DNA of 64,000 nt from NCBI GenBank assembly GCA_035084275.1, contig CM068754.1, positions 13,206,001 to 13,270,000 on the forward strand, written 5' to 3'. Made by a program: the position numbers and the translations under genes. Positions 10,396 through 23,525 of this stretch are shown one piece after another. Origin of the DNA: Hydrolagus colliei (Eukaryota). Below the pieces are notes generated by a model. The model had not been told where the DNA came from and searched no databases. It saw only the letters and a program-made list of their open reading frames with translations. Each line of letters begins with the position of its first letter. Position 1 is the first letter of the stretch.

Positions 10396-13300
10396 GCATC
10401 ATCTTGTTCACAAGGTGATGCAGAGTCACATGTTAATATGTCTTTCAACAGCAAGAACAATGTGGTACCATAAATATTAATTTGTTTGTTCAATGTAGTA
10501 GCATCTGTTCAGGGTTTACTTGGTCCAGTCCAATTATGACATAATTAATATGTTACCGGAGGAAAGTGTTCTAAATAGCCACAGTGGTAAATAATAACAA
10601 AATCTTCAAATCAAAGAAACATATTAGAATTTGATAATTATCCTTTGACAAAATCCCAAAGTTTGGAAATTGCTAAAGGACTTTCTAGTTTTTTGCTGAT
10701 GAGCAGGAACTGCAGAACTATAGAGATTAAAGCTATCATGCTGAAGTTATTGCTTCAGGGTTGCAAAGATCAGTAACCAGGAAGTATTTCTTCACAACGG
10801 AACAGAGTAGGATGCAGCTGCTGTGTTCCAGTGATGTGGGAGGAGTAGGGGGCAGTGGGCGCAGAAGGAGGAATTTGCTATTAACATGCAAGAGTTCAAT
10901 CTTGTGCAGTGTACGTGCAGAAAAACCTGCATAACTGCAAGAACCAAAGCTATACTTGGATTAATCACTGCGTAGGTTTAGTTCTGATGCTTGAGCACAG
11001 GCCTGTCATGTTTGATGAGTCGTTGGCACAAATTGGCACATCTGGCTAAGTCAGCCTTATTTATTACCCTTTATCTTTAAACATTAAGGTTTCAACTCAC
11101 TGTAAGAAGCTCTTTTCATCCTGATGGCTAAGAGTCACAAATCAACTGAATTCAGACAGCCTCGTCTTATTCAAAGCTGCCTAAAACCTTAGCATGAATC
11201 TTCCGAGAATTTAGCAACTATGTAATAGTCATAGCTCAAAGAGCCAAGATTAAGAGTGAGAAAAAAATTAAAACGGTATTTGCTTCACTGGGAAACACGA
11301 CTTTGAGTTTGGCAGTGGAAATGCATTTAACAATGTGAACTAGCCTAGTTCATTTTATAGTGGTTTCTATACTTGATCTAATTACCAATGAATACCAAAT
11401 AAATACGTTAGTCCTTATGATATCTCATCTCAATAAACATCAAAGACATCTGTACACTCCATATGCTGTTATAAGATAGGGAATAAGAACCACCAAACAT
11501 TCAAATGGCTCTTTAAATCTTAGCTGGCAGCTCAATTATTTTAAGAAATACTTTGCCTCGACTTCAGAATCACAACTAAATTCAACAATCTGCCAAATAC
11601 TGTACACTTCGAAATGCCAAGTTAAAAGTAAATTGAGACCAAGATTAAATTTCTAACTTTTGTTATGATATTCATTTTAAATGGCTCTTAGAATGAAATG
11701 TTCTGACCTACAGTGGGAGCGGCATAAACGTATATACAGTCATTTGTAAATCAAATTTTTTAAAAAGTTAAATAAATCTGGCAAACACTTGTTGCAAAGA
11801 GTTATTTTATTATTTACATGTTAGACAAGTCCAAATACAATAGATGGGGGTGCAATAGATTTTCTGCTCAGCTATTCTCTTCCATCTTTGTATCATGACT
11901 TTTCTAATTAAGATTTCTTTGAATCTACAGCTTAATACAGTGATGTGGTAATTCCACAAGTCAGTACACCTCTTGAAACCCTGTTTAATTACTGTCATTA
12001 TGATCCATTTAGCAATGCCTGCAGAGATCTCCAGAAGCTTCCTTAAAGAGATTTATTGAACATCTGTACATTTGAACAAATAGTGACTCACTAAAAGAGG
12101 GAGGAAAAATAGAACAATGTAGTTGGAGGTGCTGCTGGAAAAAAAATTGGATCCATTAGGACTGATTGGAGTTACCCAGCAGATGGGAAATGCAGACAGA
12201 GCTCTCATCAGTAAAAGAGCTCTGTGAGATCACCCTCGTACAGCAATGCAATGTGCCATAACTTATTGAGGCTTACTTTGCAGTCTTTCTTTATTGGATT
12301 TAAAGAATCTTTTTTGAATTCCAGTCAATCTGCCAGAACTCCACTGTAAAAATAAGAATGTTTGGCTTGGTTCTGGTTACCAGAAGGACTTCCTATTTGT
12401 GTGATTAATTCCTTATCGAGTATTCCTTTAGAGAAATATAAATAATGTTAACCCCACTGAAAAAATGTAAATACATTTTTTTGCAATTCTATTGAAGAAT
12501 CAGTTATTCTACATTCAAATATAACAGTTCAGCTCCGTAATTCGAATATCAACGTGTTCTGCATTGCGGTACATCACATGGAAACAGAGCATTTTTTTTC
12601 TGAAAGGGAAGCGAAATTTAGTACTATGCTTTCTGGTAAACATTTGACATTGAATACTGATTAGCATTCTTTCTTTAAAAGATCATCTAATATGCTTCAT
12701 ATATGCTCCAGGATATCAGCCCAGAGGTAACCACTGAATATTTTGTTTTTTCATTCCAATCCACTTCCAATCCCTTGTTGTTCTTTGAACTTAATTAGTG
12801 ATTATCCCTTCAATTGATCAAACAAGCCATTATTTGAACAGAACTCACTTTACAAATAACATATTTGAAAATAAATGTGGATTTTGTTCCAAATAAAATA
12901 TAAAATTATTGTTAATTCTGCTCCAAAAGCGATAGGTACATGTTGTGACATGGTAGCCAGAGAATAAATCCTGTAATAATAACAACTTTAGATGCACTTT
13001 AAGAGGACATCATTCAATCAAAAAACTGGCTTGTAGATATTATGTACATGAACCAAAATAAGGAAGAGACTGATGAATGTTGGCTCTGCAGTGGTTACAA
13101 TTCTGGAGCAGTTTGACATATGTTAAAATGTTAAAATGAGGATGTCAACTTGTTTCAGAACTCTAGACTTCCAATGTTCAGTTATAAGAAGGATGTAAAC
13201 TAGCCATAGAATGACAAATAGTTTGAGATTGATAAATTATACTAGAAATTTGACCCAGCGTGGGTGATGATTGATTAATATACAGCATTTTTCTGCTCAC

Positions 13301-13363
13301 AATATAATTTACATTTATATAGCAACATTCACGATGGGAAGACATCTCAAAGTGCTCATACAG
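13301..13363 (-). mobile_element. L2/SINE tail fragment
   Basis: TTTACATTTATATAGCAACATTCACGATGGGAAGACATCTCAAAGTGC matches the shared 3' stem-loop region. Confidence 0.65.
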
Positions 13364-13570
13364 CTGGCTGGGTAGCCAAACCAGTGGGTACTTACAATGT
13401 GTTCAACCATTTCTCTATTTTTTTCATCATAGAGTGCATCCTGTTATGTGTTTTTTTTCAAAATGGGACTGATTTCTACAATATTTGTAACTAAATATTG
13501 ACACACTGTTATGTATTTATTTTTGTTTTGGGTGGATTTATCTATGATGTGAGAGCAGTCACATTTCAGT

Positions 13571-13943
13571 TAATAATGATAATAATCATCTTTGCATTTG
13601 ATTTTTCTAGAATAAATTGTATTTGATATAGTGCCTTATCACATAATTGAGAAGTCTCAAAGCACTTCTCTTATATGAATTGACTATATTTTGTAGGCGA
13701 AACTAAATTTCGCCTACAAAAGCGAAATTATGCCCAGCAGTGTCTCACAAACAGTCGGAGATTGAAAGGCCAAATTAAAAAAAAATAATAATCTTTGAAG
13801 GGATTGTTAGTAGTGGAAAGTGATCCACCAATCAACTAATAACTGTGTTACGACTTACTGCCAGGTAAACAGGCATAAGTAAGGAGTGAGAAAACTTGCC
13901 CAAGCTTTCGCCCTTGGGCATTTTAGCAACCATTGAGCAGTGC
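13571..13943 (-). mobile_element. SINE family A, long variant, diverged
   Basis: Tail, core remnant, extra module (GTGATCCACCAATCAACTAA..TTACTGCCAGGTAAAC) and AACTTGCCCAAG; head partly deleted. Confidence 0.85.
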
Positions 13944-14754
13944 AAAACAGTTATAGGCAGATGCTTAGTTTGTTTATTTGAATTGTGAATCATTAATGTT
14001 CAGATATACAGTAGCAAAACTTTATTATCCTCTGTTGTCAAGAATACTGTGTGAACTTATGGCAAAGTTGGCAAATGGTTCAACAGTGTTTTCATTTGTA
14101 GCAATGCAACATTTTGAAGAAACGGGTGGTTTTAGTGAAGCAATTTGTGAGTACAGTGATGGAGATAAGATTAACGTATTTGGAAGCATCAGAAATATTC
14201 AAAGAAATTATGAGCAAATGAGCAAATAGCTTCACGAGAGTCCTGTTCTATGGTTAATGAAGAGCTAATTTTGCTAGTATCACTGATTTCTGAAAGCTAT
14301 TAATTAGATCCTCTTGATCTACTCAATGTCTTCGCTCTAAATTGGAAGTAAGGATTATGAAGGAAGAAACTATGAGCTATGTTAAGAAATCAACCCACTG
14401 GAAATGGAATATCATTTTTATACATCTAACTTGGAGCTCAGCTGGTGTTCTTTCCTCTCAGCCTCCAGCTGTTTCAAGCTTCAATGATATGTAGTTGTGC
14501 AACACATTTTTCACAAACCTGTAAGTTAACATGCTACTGCAGATGGAGCAGAAGTATTTGTTTGATCAGTGGTTACCTTGTACGCAAAGTGAAACCTTCT
14601 TAATATTTTGCCCTATCAAATTTGATTGTAATACCCACTAGAACTGTATTTTATGTGTTAATAGAACTGCACCTGTATCCAGAATGCCAACCCAGGCTGA
14701 TAACAAAAGAGGCAGCAGCAACTGGGCAGTTGTCAGATTCCTGTTTCATCTGCA

Positions 14755-14845
14755 TGTGGTTCAATGTTTTATCCGATGCAAGGCACCTCTGAAAATTCAG
14801 TGCTCCCTCAAGCACTGTGTTGGAGTGCCAGCCTAATAGTGCCAA
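14755..14845 (-). mobile_element. SacSINE1/DeuSINE-like fragment
   Basis: Reverse strand TAGGCTGGCACTCCAACACAGTGCTTGAGGGAGCACTG..GAGGTGCC..TCGGATAAAACATTGAACC resembles the recalled shark SacSINE1 consensus. Confidence 0.7.
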
Positions 14846-16349
14846 CTCGGAACTACTTTGATAATGAAAGACAGAAACCTATCCAGCATTCGATCAAATG
14901 TTTCACAATACACAAAATATATTGCGTTATGAACTTCAAGATGGTGTTCGTGCTCATTTTGAAACTTCCGAATGTGTTTATTCCCCAATTGAAGTGAATC
15001 ATAGCAGCAATTTCCTCTGGTCATTGTCACTACCAGAGGAATATGACGGCAACTCGATTTTTTTTATTATTTGCTAAGGCAAACACATTACTTGAGATAT
15101 GCGAATTACAGAAGACAGAGCCTCGAAGACTTGCATTAGGATTGGTTCTGGGGAATTTTATCCTTGGCAACCAATTTTTGCTAGAAAAGCAAGCACTTAT
15201 ATTTTGAATAAACAGCTCCATAACAACAGAATATAAAAGAACACAGTATCTCTGCTCTTCTGCAATGGTAATTCTGAGTTTCTTGAAATCTGCTAATTGT
15301 CTGTCTACTGTACTGTGTACATACAAATTACTGAAGATATTTAGATTCCACATTTTTTGGGAGTTAATACATCTTACATGTTTTATTGCACACATCAATG
15401 CTAATCATATTGCATTTGTGTTTAGGAGAAGAATGATATTGCAGGTGTCCTATATTAAGAAGGACATTCACTCATCATTCACTCATCTGATGAGTGAACT
15501 CACTCATTCACTCATCAGCCATCTTAAATGGCTATGTGTCATTTGACAGTTTACAAATTACTTGAGGTCCAACAAATAACATGTTCAACATCTTCCAGAT
15601 GGTAATTGTTTCTTTTATTTATTTTTACGGATGCATACTTATTACTTGAATTTCCTTTTCCGCAGAATAATTGATATTTAGCCTGATTTCTTTTGGACCA
15701 AACATTGTTTTATACATTTTATTACTGAGCACACAAGTGAATCTGAATCCAACTCATTTATTAAAAAGTATTCTGCAGTTTCAACACATGCAAACCATAA
15801 TAGGAGGGACAGAGTTTCCAGAAGGATTGCTCTAAATAGACATTTGTTGTCACTACAGAGTGAAATAATATAGCAAAGGCTAAAATCAAATTTCATTAAA
15901 GACTTGTCTTTCTGGAATACTTATGTTGTGAGCTGACATTGATGTCTTTGAGCTGACAATATTTTTGTCATTTTTTTTTCTTGTTGAATATAAATGGCTT
16001 CATTGGTTATGCAGAAAGCCATCAAAAAACATTGGCTCACATTTGGCTGCAAACAATCTTGCCAGACTGTCCATCCCCAAAATTACACAGCTAGTAATCC
16101 ACGTGTGAATGGCACCCACTGTCAACTTATATTCAAGGATTGTATTTTGATGTTTTGATGCTGGTTTACGGAGGATTTCATTTTAATGATCTAGTATTGT
16201 CATTTTTGTAGATGAGACCACTGAGCTCAATTCTGGACTATGATTCATAATTGTTCTGTTGTTTGACTCTCAGGTCTCAGATGCATTTCATTCTCTTGTT
16301 AGCCAGCACAGCCTCAGCCTGTAGAGAAACTAACATGATCTGTGTTCAA

Positions 16350-16620
16350 TGAGTGGTCATATCCAACTTGCTGGAAAAAAAAGGAGAAAAAAGCATTTCA
16401 GCAAATAAAAGAGGCTATCACAAAAGCTCGAGTGCTGACATTTTATGATGTACATGCGCCAGTTAAAATATCTGTAGACACAAGTAAAACATGGTTAGGA
16501 GCGTTAACTCAAACTGTAGCATATGCATCGAGGGCTCTATGAAAGACAGAAACAATATATACACAGATAGAGAAAGAGTGTTTAGCGATAGTATTTGGAT
16601 GTGAAAGATTTATACAGTGG
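16350..16620 (+). mobile_element. Ty3/Gypsy LTR-retrotransposon pol relic (RT connection / RNase H)
   Basis: One frame reads AFQQIKEAITKARVLTFYDVHAPVKISVDTSKTWLGA...VAYASRAL*KTETIYTQIEKECLAIVFGCERF, matching Gypsy DAS..GLGA / VAYASR.L / Y.QIEKE.LA..F motifs. One in-frame stop; no LTR seen. Confidence 0.92.
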
Positions 16621-16638
16621 AAATTTATAATATAAAAT

Positions 16639-16846
16639 ATAATAATCCCTCAAAAGAAACAATAATAAATTGGTCATTTCAATCCAAGATTTTTTGTGGG
16701 ACCCTGCTGTGTGCAGTGTTCACCCACAAATATACACTAAATTCACTTACAGTGTGTTCTGTGAAGCGCTTTGAGATGTCTAAAAGCCATGAAATGCATT
16801 ATATCAAATGCAAGGATTATTATTAGTACAGTATTATTATTATTAT
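16639..16846 (+). mobile_element. SINE family A, 5'-truncated
   Basis: ATAATAATCCCTC...TTTGTGGGAC..GAAGCGCTTTGAGATGTC..CAAATGCAAGG(ATT)n. Confidence 0.9.
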
Positions 16847-17837
16847 CCCGGTGCCTCAGTGATTTCTATAACTGATAGATAATTTCATATCTGTGCTGGT
16901 ATTCCAAATGACCTGGATTCTTGAAGTCTGGTGTTATGGATTGCAGTCTCAAAGGTTGCTTCTCAGATAACTATACACGGCCTTGATACCTGCCAGACAG
17001 AAAACCAACTTCAATCATATATAATCCCTATATGTGCCTGCATTCATTTCCTAAACTAAATTTTATACCAGCAGCCCTCATTGAACCTAATGTGTTTGAC
17101 AATAAATTGGAAGCTCCAGAAGGCTAACCACCTTACTATACCAATGCTCCTCAACATAATTTGCATCATCTTTTTCTCAATGTTACCAAAATCAACAACT
17201 TACATATATATATATGTACTGCCATTCACTCAGTGTAGTGCCTTGAATCTACCAGAATTGCAGCTGTTCATCCAGGAAACCATTTATTTTCCCACTTGAC
17301 CAAATTGGCTACCATCACATTTTATCTCTTTTGACCTTGTCGGAAATGATTTCAATCGAAACTATAAAAGTCACCCGAAAGGTTTGCAATTTTCTGCAGT
17401 AGATTTTGGATTTCTCTTCTCCTGTTCATACCCTTCGCAAATTTTGCCTTATTTGGAATGAAACCAATAATAGCTGATGAAATAACCTGTTATAATTAAT
17501 AACCGCAGCAGTTTTATTTTGAATTGTTTCCCCCCAATCATCAAAGATCAAAATTCAGTTAGATTGATCGGAAGCATTGCCTTTTCCATCAAGAAACTTA
17601 CACCCCCCAAAAAATCATGATGAATTAAATGGCTATTATATTGATTAAATGATGGGATTTCCTGCCACTGGAATTCATTTTCGTGCTACATGTTCTGGGA
17701 ACAATCATTGTTTTTCCATTGTGCTCCACCCTTCCTATGAATAGAATGGTTTTCAATAAAGCTTCCATATTCAATTAATTTTCTGGCAGTGTTTGACAGT
17801 ATTTACAATACTTAATTCAAAATGGCGCACTAGCATT

Positions 17838-17880
17838 CAACACAATACAAAATTACATTTGTACAGCTCCTTTCACATTG
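17838..17880 (-). mobile_element. Tail-only L2 fragment
   Basis: CAAAATTACATTTGTACAGCTCCTTTCAC matches the L2 tail. Confidence 0.65.
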
Positions 17881-18983
17881 TTTTCAGAAAAGCAACATCA
17901 ATATGCAATACATATTAAATACACTGCAAATATGGAATGGAAAATCGAAACAATATCTTAGCATAAAAAGTCTCAAAATCATTTTTATGTTCCATGTGAC
18001 GGATACATTTTCTGCAGCTCTGCTGAATGAGTAACATCACGCATGATGGATAAGCATATCTTATCATTTGACTGATAATATGTCAGGTATTCCAAACACT
18101 TGGGTGATTAGGATGAATTTACTATACATTTACTATTTGTGCTTTCAGCCGCAAATCCATTTGTTGTTTTGCTCACCCTCGCTGCATAAAAGTTTTTTTT
18201 TTTCTCATATTGAATAAAATTCAAAATGAGGAAGTCATTTGTGGAGGAGAAAGATACATGGTCCAAAAAAGCGATGAATAATGTCTTCATGATACACTTG
18301 AAAATTTAAAGCTGGAGATGAATTTGTCACAATCTTCAGTTGACGGTTGGTAACACAAAAATTCTGCTTTGAGAGATAACCTGGACATTGGGGCATGATT
18401 CTTGCAGTTGCTTCAGCCAGCTTGAAATTAGTCTTCATCAGATCACGCAGATTCAATTACAGATGCCACTGCCTATAATAAATAGCTTCACGTGTCCAGC
18501 GCAATTGAATTGGTTTTGCTGAATCTATTTTTGATCTCAACTTTAACACAGGATGAAATCTGGCATTCTGCCATCAAATCTATTGAAGTCAGGTGATGGG
18601 GAATTCAAACACCTGCTGAAGCATTGCTTTTGAGAAGTCTTGAAGTCAATAGTTTGAACTTTAAGAAAGCTGTCATTGTCACCGATGTGATCGTTCAGAA
18701 CCGAGGCAAAACCTTTCCCTCAAAATAAAAGGTATGTCCTTGTATTCCCTGAGCATGTGTTGAAATTCAAATTCGCTTCTGTCACTCTATCTGACTTTTG
18801 AGTATATGTGTGAAATCAATTTCAAAACCAGACTGAAAAATCCCATGAAAATTGATACCATGGAGCAGTGATACACATAAAACAGCCTGGAGGCAACAAT
18901 GGCCTTCTTCTCCTTCACTTGTGTATTTCAGCAGAACCTGTGGCTCTCAGCTTTGATTCACTGTCCTACAGGCTGGATATTAA

Positions 18984-19112
18984 AATAATAATAAGAATCA
19001 TTGTATTTGATGTAGTGCCTTACCAACAACAACAACAACAAAATTACATTTGTAGAGCGGCTTTCACATCAGGAGGACGTCCCAAGGCGCTGAACATCTT
19101 CGAGACATCTCA
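18984..19112 (-). mobile_element. SINE A tail with nested tail-only L2 (19025-19096)
   Basis: SINE tail ...TAGTGCCTTACC is interrupted by (AAC)n AAAATTACATTTGTAGAGC...CCCAAGGCGCTGAACA and resumes ACATCTTCGAGACATCTCA. Confidence 0.88.
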
Positions 19113-20592
19113 GTTATCTCCAGTCATTATGAACAAATCAACATTTTCTGCTGAAATGTCTAACTTTTATAGTAAAGTACCTGTGTTTGGTTTTAGTATT
19201 TCATACTACCGCCAATAAATCAAGACATCAGTATAAATGTATATTGAAAACATGGGGCCGTGAACCAGCCCTATGTACTGTAATAGGTTAGAGAATTTCC
19301 TGAGACTCAGTTTTGAACAAAACATTTTGAAATTCTGACATTCGACAAATGTTAATTCAGCATCTTTGTCATACAGATTATAGATTAATCAGACACATCA
19401 CATGATTTTGTGGAAATTGACAAATGCACCTTTTCATTTTCAGAATATCTATGCTTATTGAATTTGTAAAAAGCCCAGTTCTGTTTTCAGCAGCACCACT
19501 TCAAAGCATTAATACCAACTCTCGGTATAATAGCAGAACTGCTAGCAATGCCATTCAAATCCTCATTTCGTAAAGAAGAGGCCAAATAACTTATTTTTAC
19601 CTTTCTGAAAGATTTGAGCTTAAGCATATAAGGCTGGAGAATCCTCCAAACAAATGGTTTCAGATCAACCTCATTCACCTGAATTCATCAAGCAAAGAAG
19701 AAAAGAACTGCTGGAATAAGTATCTTTGCATTCTCTTCCTAATTTCAATCTCAGTGATTCAAACAGTACCAAAGAGACTAGTGAGTGAATATCAATTAAT
19801 TCAACACCTGTCTCACCCAATGATTGATAGAATATCTGCAGTGTCATATGCAATAGTGGCCCACACATTTTTAAATATGAGATACCAATTCAGGGAGGTT
19901 TGTTGTGTTGCTTGCTAAGTACTTTTGCCTTGGCAACAGGCAAAATGTGCTTTGCTGCTTTATTACATTTATTGCATTATTACAGCTGAATGGTTTGGCA
20001 TTTGGTGTTGGATGTAAGACTACTGTGAATAACTGGTCTCACCACATTAACTCTTCACTAGACCTTCAGCGGTTAATCATCATACAGCCACTTGAAATGC
20101 TAACATGGGAATATAATTATGATGATTAAAAATATAATTATTACTTGTGCGACTTGCCTTTTGAAGCTGAGCTTAGGAGAAGATGATGAAAACAATCCCT
20201 TGACGATATGAGGAATGATCTCCATGCGAAGCTAAAAGAGTTCCATTATGTAACACTTATGTAACCACAACCCTGAGATTTCAAAACAATTTACAATTTA
20301 GCAACTCTCGTTAGTTTTTAAGACGGAAATCAATGAACTTGCATTTTAACCCAAGAATAATATTTTCGAATTAGTTAAACAATTACTGTATATGTCTTCT
20401 TGCTCCCGTTTGTAAAAATGTGGCAGGGATTCACATGGCTGCGCTGATAATGCACTATGGCAATCGCTATCTTATTGATTTGTTGAAAAGTATCATTTTA
20501 AAGCTGGATTTCAGTCAATCAAAAGGATGCTTTTGAAATTTGCTCCAACATCTCATTGCATGATGGAATCCCTCAAGGAACAAGGGAACAGA

Positions 20593-20697
20593 TAATAATA
20601 ATACTATTTTTTGCTTTTAATACTTCATCTTTCATGTTAAGAGGACATCCCAACAAGCTTCACATGATATATTATAAAGTGACTGTGTATTTTGTAG
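20593..20697 (-). mobile_element. Old SINE tail fragment
   Basis: (TAA)n then TTTCATGTTAAGAGGACATCCCAACAAGCTTCAC..AAAGTGACTGTG. Confidence 0.55.
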
Positions 20698-21604
20698 CCT
20701 AAAGCCTATGAACTTGTAGGTTTTATGAAAATAATGTGTGTAAAAAAAATGTTAAATTAGGTTGAATAAAAATACAATTAAAGATGAATACAAAAAAATT
20801 GGAATGAAAATAGGTGAAAATGGAACCGTATAATTAAAACTCTTCATTTGATTTCTAATGTATATTACATGTGATCACTGTTATTTGTGGATGATATGAT
20901 AGTCATATATGGACTGCTGACATCTGATTAATTTTATTTTCATAGTAGATCTAAGAATCCCAGTGCATGGGGTTAAAACATGTGAAATTAATTGATACAA
21001 TACTTTTTTGAATTGCCTGCAGTCTAATTGGTAAATCTGAACATTTATAATGGAAACTGAAATTGGGAACTAAGAAGCTTGTTTAATAGAAAACCTATTA
21101 ACAATTAACCACTCCATAATGCTAAATAGAGTGAAATTGTTGATGGAGATGAATTGTTGATTCATCTGTGGTTCACCAATTTAAACAAATTTGCCTTTAT
21201 GCACTTAACACTTAATGGAATGTAAACATAAATACCTGTAGCATTGCATTAAAAAAGGAAAAAAAGAGACTGTGCATTTGCAATTGTATTGCAGTTAGTA
21301 CGAGGAAAATATATGGACAAGTTCATTAAAAGTGCTATTGTAGCTGAATAGCATGTAGCTTACAATAATAAATTCACTTCATTGAATGCACCGAAGAGAA
21401 AAACACCAATAATGATTCCATGTCTGCAAAGAGTTTGCTATGCTTCAGTTGACCTGTTTTCTGGTTAGTGACGGGAAAATTAAATAGTTTTCCACTCCTG
21501 ATGGTTGCTCAACGATTCTTTTGGAAATGCATATATATGAAGAGGGTGAAAAATGGATTGGGCTCAGATGCACTGATTTTAAGGTTGAATATACAGCCAA
21601 CATC

Positions 21605-21895
21605 ACAAAATCAAAGGATTGTTTTCGATGAAGAAGGTCCTTTGGCTAATCGGATCCTATCCTCACAGAACATCCACCCTGTCATTCTCCCATCACAGAA
21701 AAAAACGTTTTTTTTCAAAAAAAACTATGTCTTAGGGTAAAGAGAAAATTCCTGGTGTCTGTCTTGAAATTGCCATTTGTACTTTAAACCTATCCCATCA
21801 TCTTTTACTATCTTGGATCCAAAAGTATTGTTCTGGGTTTAGATTTTCTACCCCAGTTAAAATTTTATACACCATAATGAGATCCCCTTTGACTC
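21605..21895 (-). mobile_element. CR1 3' end relic with internal deletion
   Basis: Reverse strand KGDLIMVYKILTGVENLNPEQYF...FKTDTRNFLFT (CR1 RGDLI..YK motif); 3'UTR GATGAAGAAGGTCCTTTGGCT on + strand. Confidence 0.8.
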
Positions 21896-22351
21896 ACAAA
21901 ATCTTGTCTGAAGACAAAATCTTCTCAATTCAGACGTAAAAAATATTCACCTGGGCAAGGTCATCAATGATGCCTAGAACTAAGACTTATGGAGTAGGTT
22001 TAAAAACAAATAAAATCTCAGAAGAAACAGGGAAGGGATAAAATGAGAGGAAGAAGGAAAAAAGCACCAATTAGTTTATTTGGCGCTGTCTGTTTTTAAT
22101 TTTTATTATGAAATGTGTTTTTTTATGTCCTCAAGAATCATTGCAGATGCAGAATGATAATAGGAATAACAGCATGAACATGATATGTTCCATGGTTCAA
22201 TTAGCATGTAATGAAACAAAATAATTCTGGAAATAATTTATTTCTCATCATCTTAAAGATTGTTCTATTTTCTGAGGGCCATTTATTCATTGCATACATT
22301 AAAAAGGCATCCCAAAACTTTAATTTCCTATTGAAGTGATTTGTGTTGCAA

Positions 22352-22775
22352 TGATAATAAATCCTTACATTTGGTGTTGCGTCTTATCACGTTGGAAGGA
22401 TGTCTCAAAGTGTTTCGCAGAATTTACTGTGAAATGGAGTGACTGTGTATTTTTAGGTAAATGCAGCAGTCAGTTTAGCACAGCAACATGCCATGAAACA
22501 AATTACCAATGTTTAATCGGGAGATCGTTAGCCAAGACGAGAGAAGGATAAAAGCAACTTATCTTTTCGAACAATGCAATAAGATTTTTAATGTCCACCT
22601 GAACAGGCAGACAGGACCTTGGTTAACCTCAAATCTGAAGGATGACCACAGGTTTGATCATACAATGCAGCACACCCCCAGCGCATTTGACTATCATCTT
22701 AGACAGTTCAAGTTCTGACGTCAGTTGAATCCACAATCTTCTGACTCAGAGGTAGAGTTCCAAAACTGAGGCAAG
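22352..22775 (-). mobile_element. SacSINE1/DeuSINE-like SINE, near full length, old
   Basis: Reverse strand: CCTCTGAGTCAGAAGATTGTGGATTCAA head, Deu-like GGTCCTGTCTGCCTGTTCAGGTGGACATTAAAAATC..TTCGAAA, L2-type tail. Confidence 0.85.
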
Positions 22776-23162
22776 TTGTATGACATATTAGAAATGTCGA
22801 GCGAAAAAACAGCACATTTCCACTTAAAGATTTTTTTTCAGTTTCCAAGGAATATGTATATTTAAGAAAAAGACAGCCAATTTGCTTTTTGACACAATCT
22901 TCCACTATTCCCTGACCCACATCCACATTTTTGCAAAATTAGCAAACTCAGGATTTTATAGAGCAATGCAGCTCAGCTTGAGATCATTGTCCATCAATCC
23001 AAGGTACCTGATTGCTACCATTTCCCAGCTGGGGAGGACATTCCAGTTAAGAGGAAAAACTGCTTATCCTCATTCTGCAGATTTCATTGTAAGTCATTTT
23101 GTTGCTTAACAATTCAAAAGTCAAACCTGTGGTCATGTAACAAATTTGGTTATGTCAACTTG

Positions 23163-23525
23163 AATAAGAATAATCCTTGTCTTTGATATAGCTAATTTCA
23201 TGTTAGAAGGACATCTCAAAGCACTTCACGAGATTTACTGTAAAGTGACTATTTTATAGGTGAAAGTGGCAGCTGATTTGTGCACACTGCTGTCCTCAAA
23301 CAGCCATGAAGTGAACAACCAATTTTTAATCTGGGTGAATGTTGTCTAGAACACAGGGAGAAATTCCCTTCTCTTTTTGAATAGTGTCATGGGATCTTTA
23401 ATATTCACGAAAACAGGCAAATTAGGCCTTGGTTTCATATCTTATCTGAAGCAAAGCAGTTTAAAGTCCCAGCATGAGGTTTACACCCACAATCTTCTGA
23501 CTCCAAAGCAGGAATACTACCAACA
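23163..23525 (-). mobile_element. SacSINE1/DeuSINE-like SINE with internal deletion
   Basis: CCCACAATCTTCTGACTC head, TTGAATAGTGTCATGGGATCTTT Deu-like segment, and tail homologous to the 22352 copy. Confidence 0.85.

Noticed and set aside
10696-10745. Hammerhead-ribozyme-like CTGATGA-GCAG-GAA-CTGC
   Set aside because: Stem II is followed by AGAAC instead of GAAA, and no convincing stems I and III form. The other CTGATGAG sites (15487, 50007) also lack GAAA.
10844-10856. CTCF-like AGTAGGGGGCAGT
   Set aside because: Lacks the leading CC of the core motif; a single motif match is not supportable without ChIP or conservation data.
18552-18731. 180-bp plus-strand AG...GT exon candidate
   Set aside because: Stop codons in all three frames and no independent support.
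21186-21200. miR-1-like TGGAATGTAAA
   Set aside because: The match stops after 11 nt and there is no hairpin.
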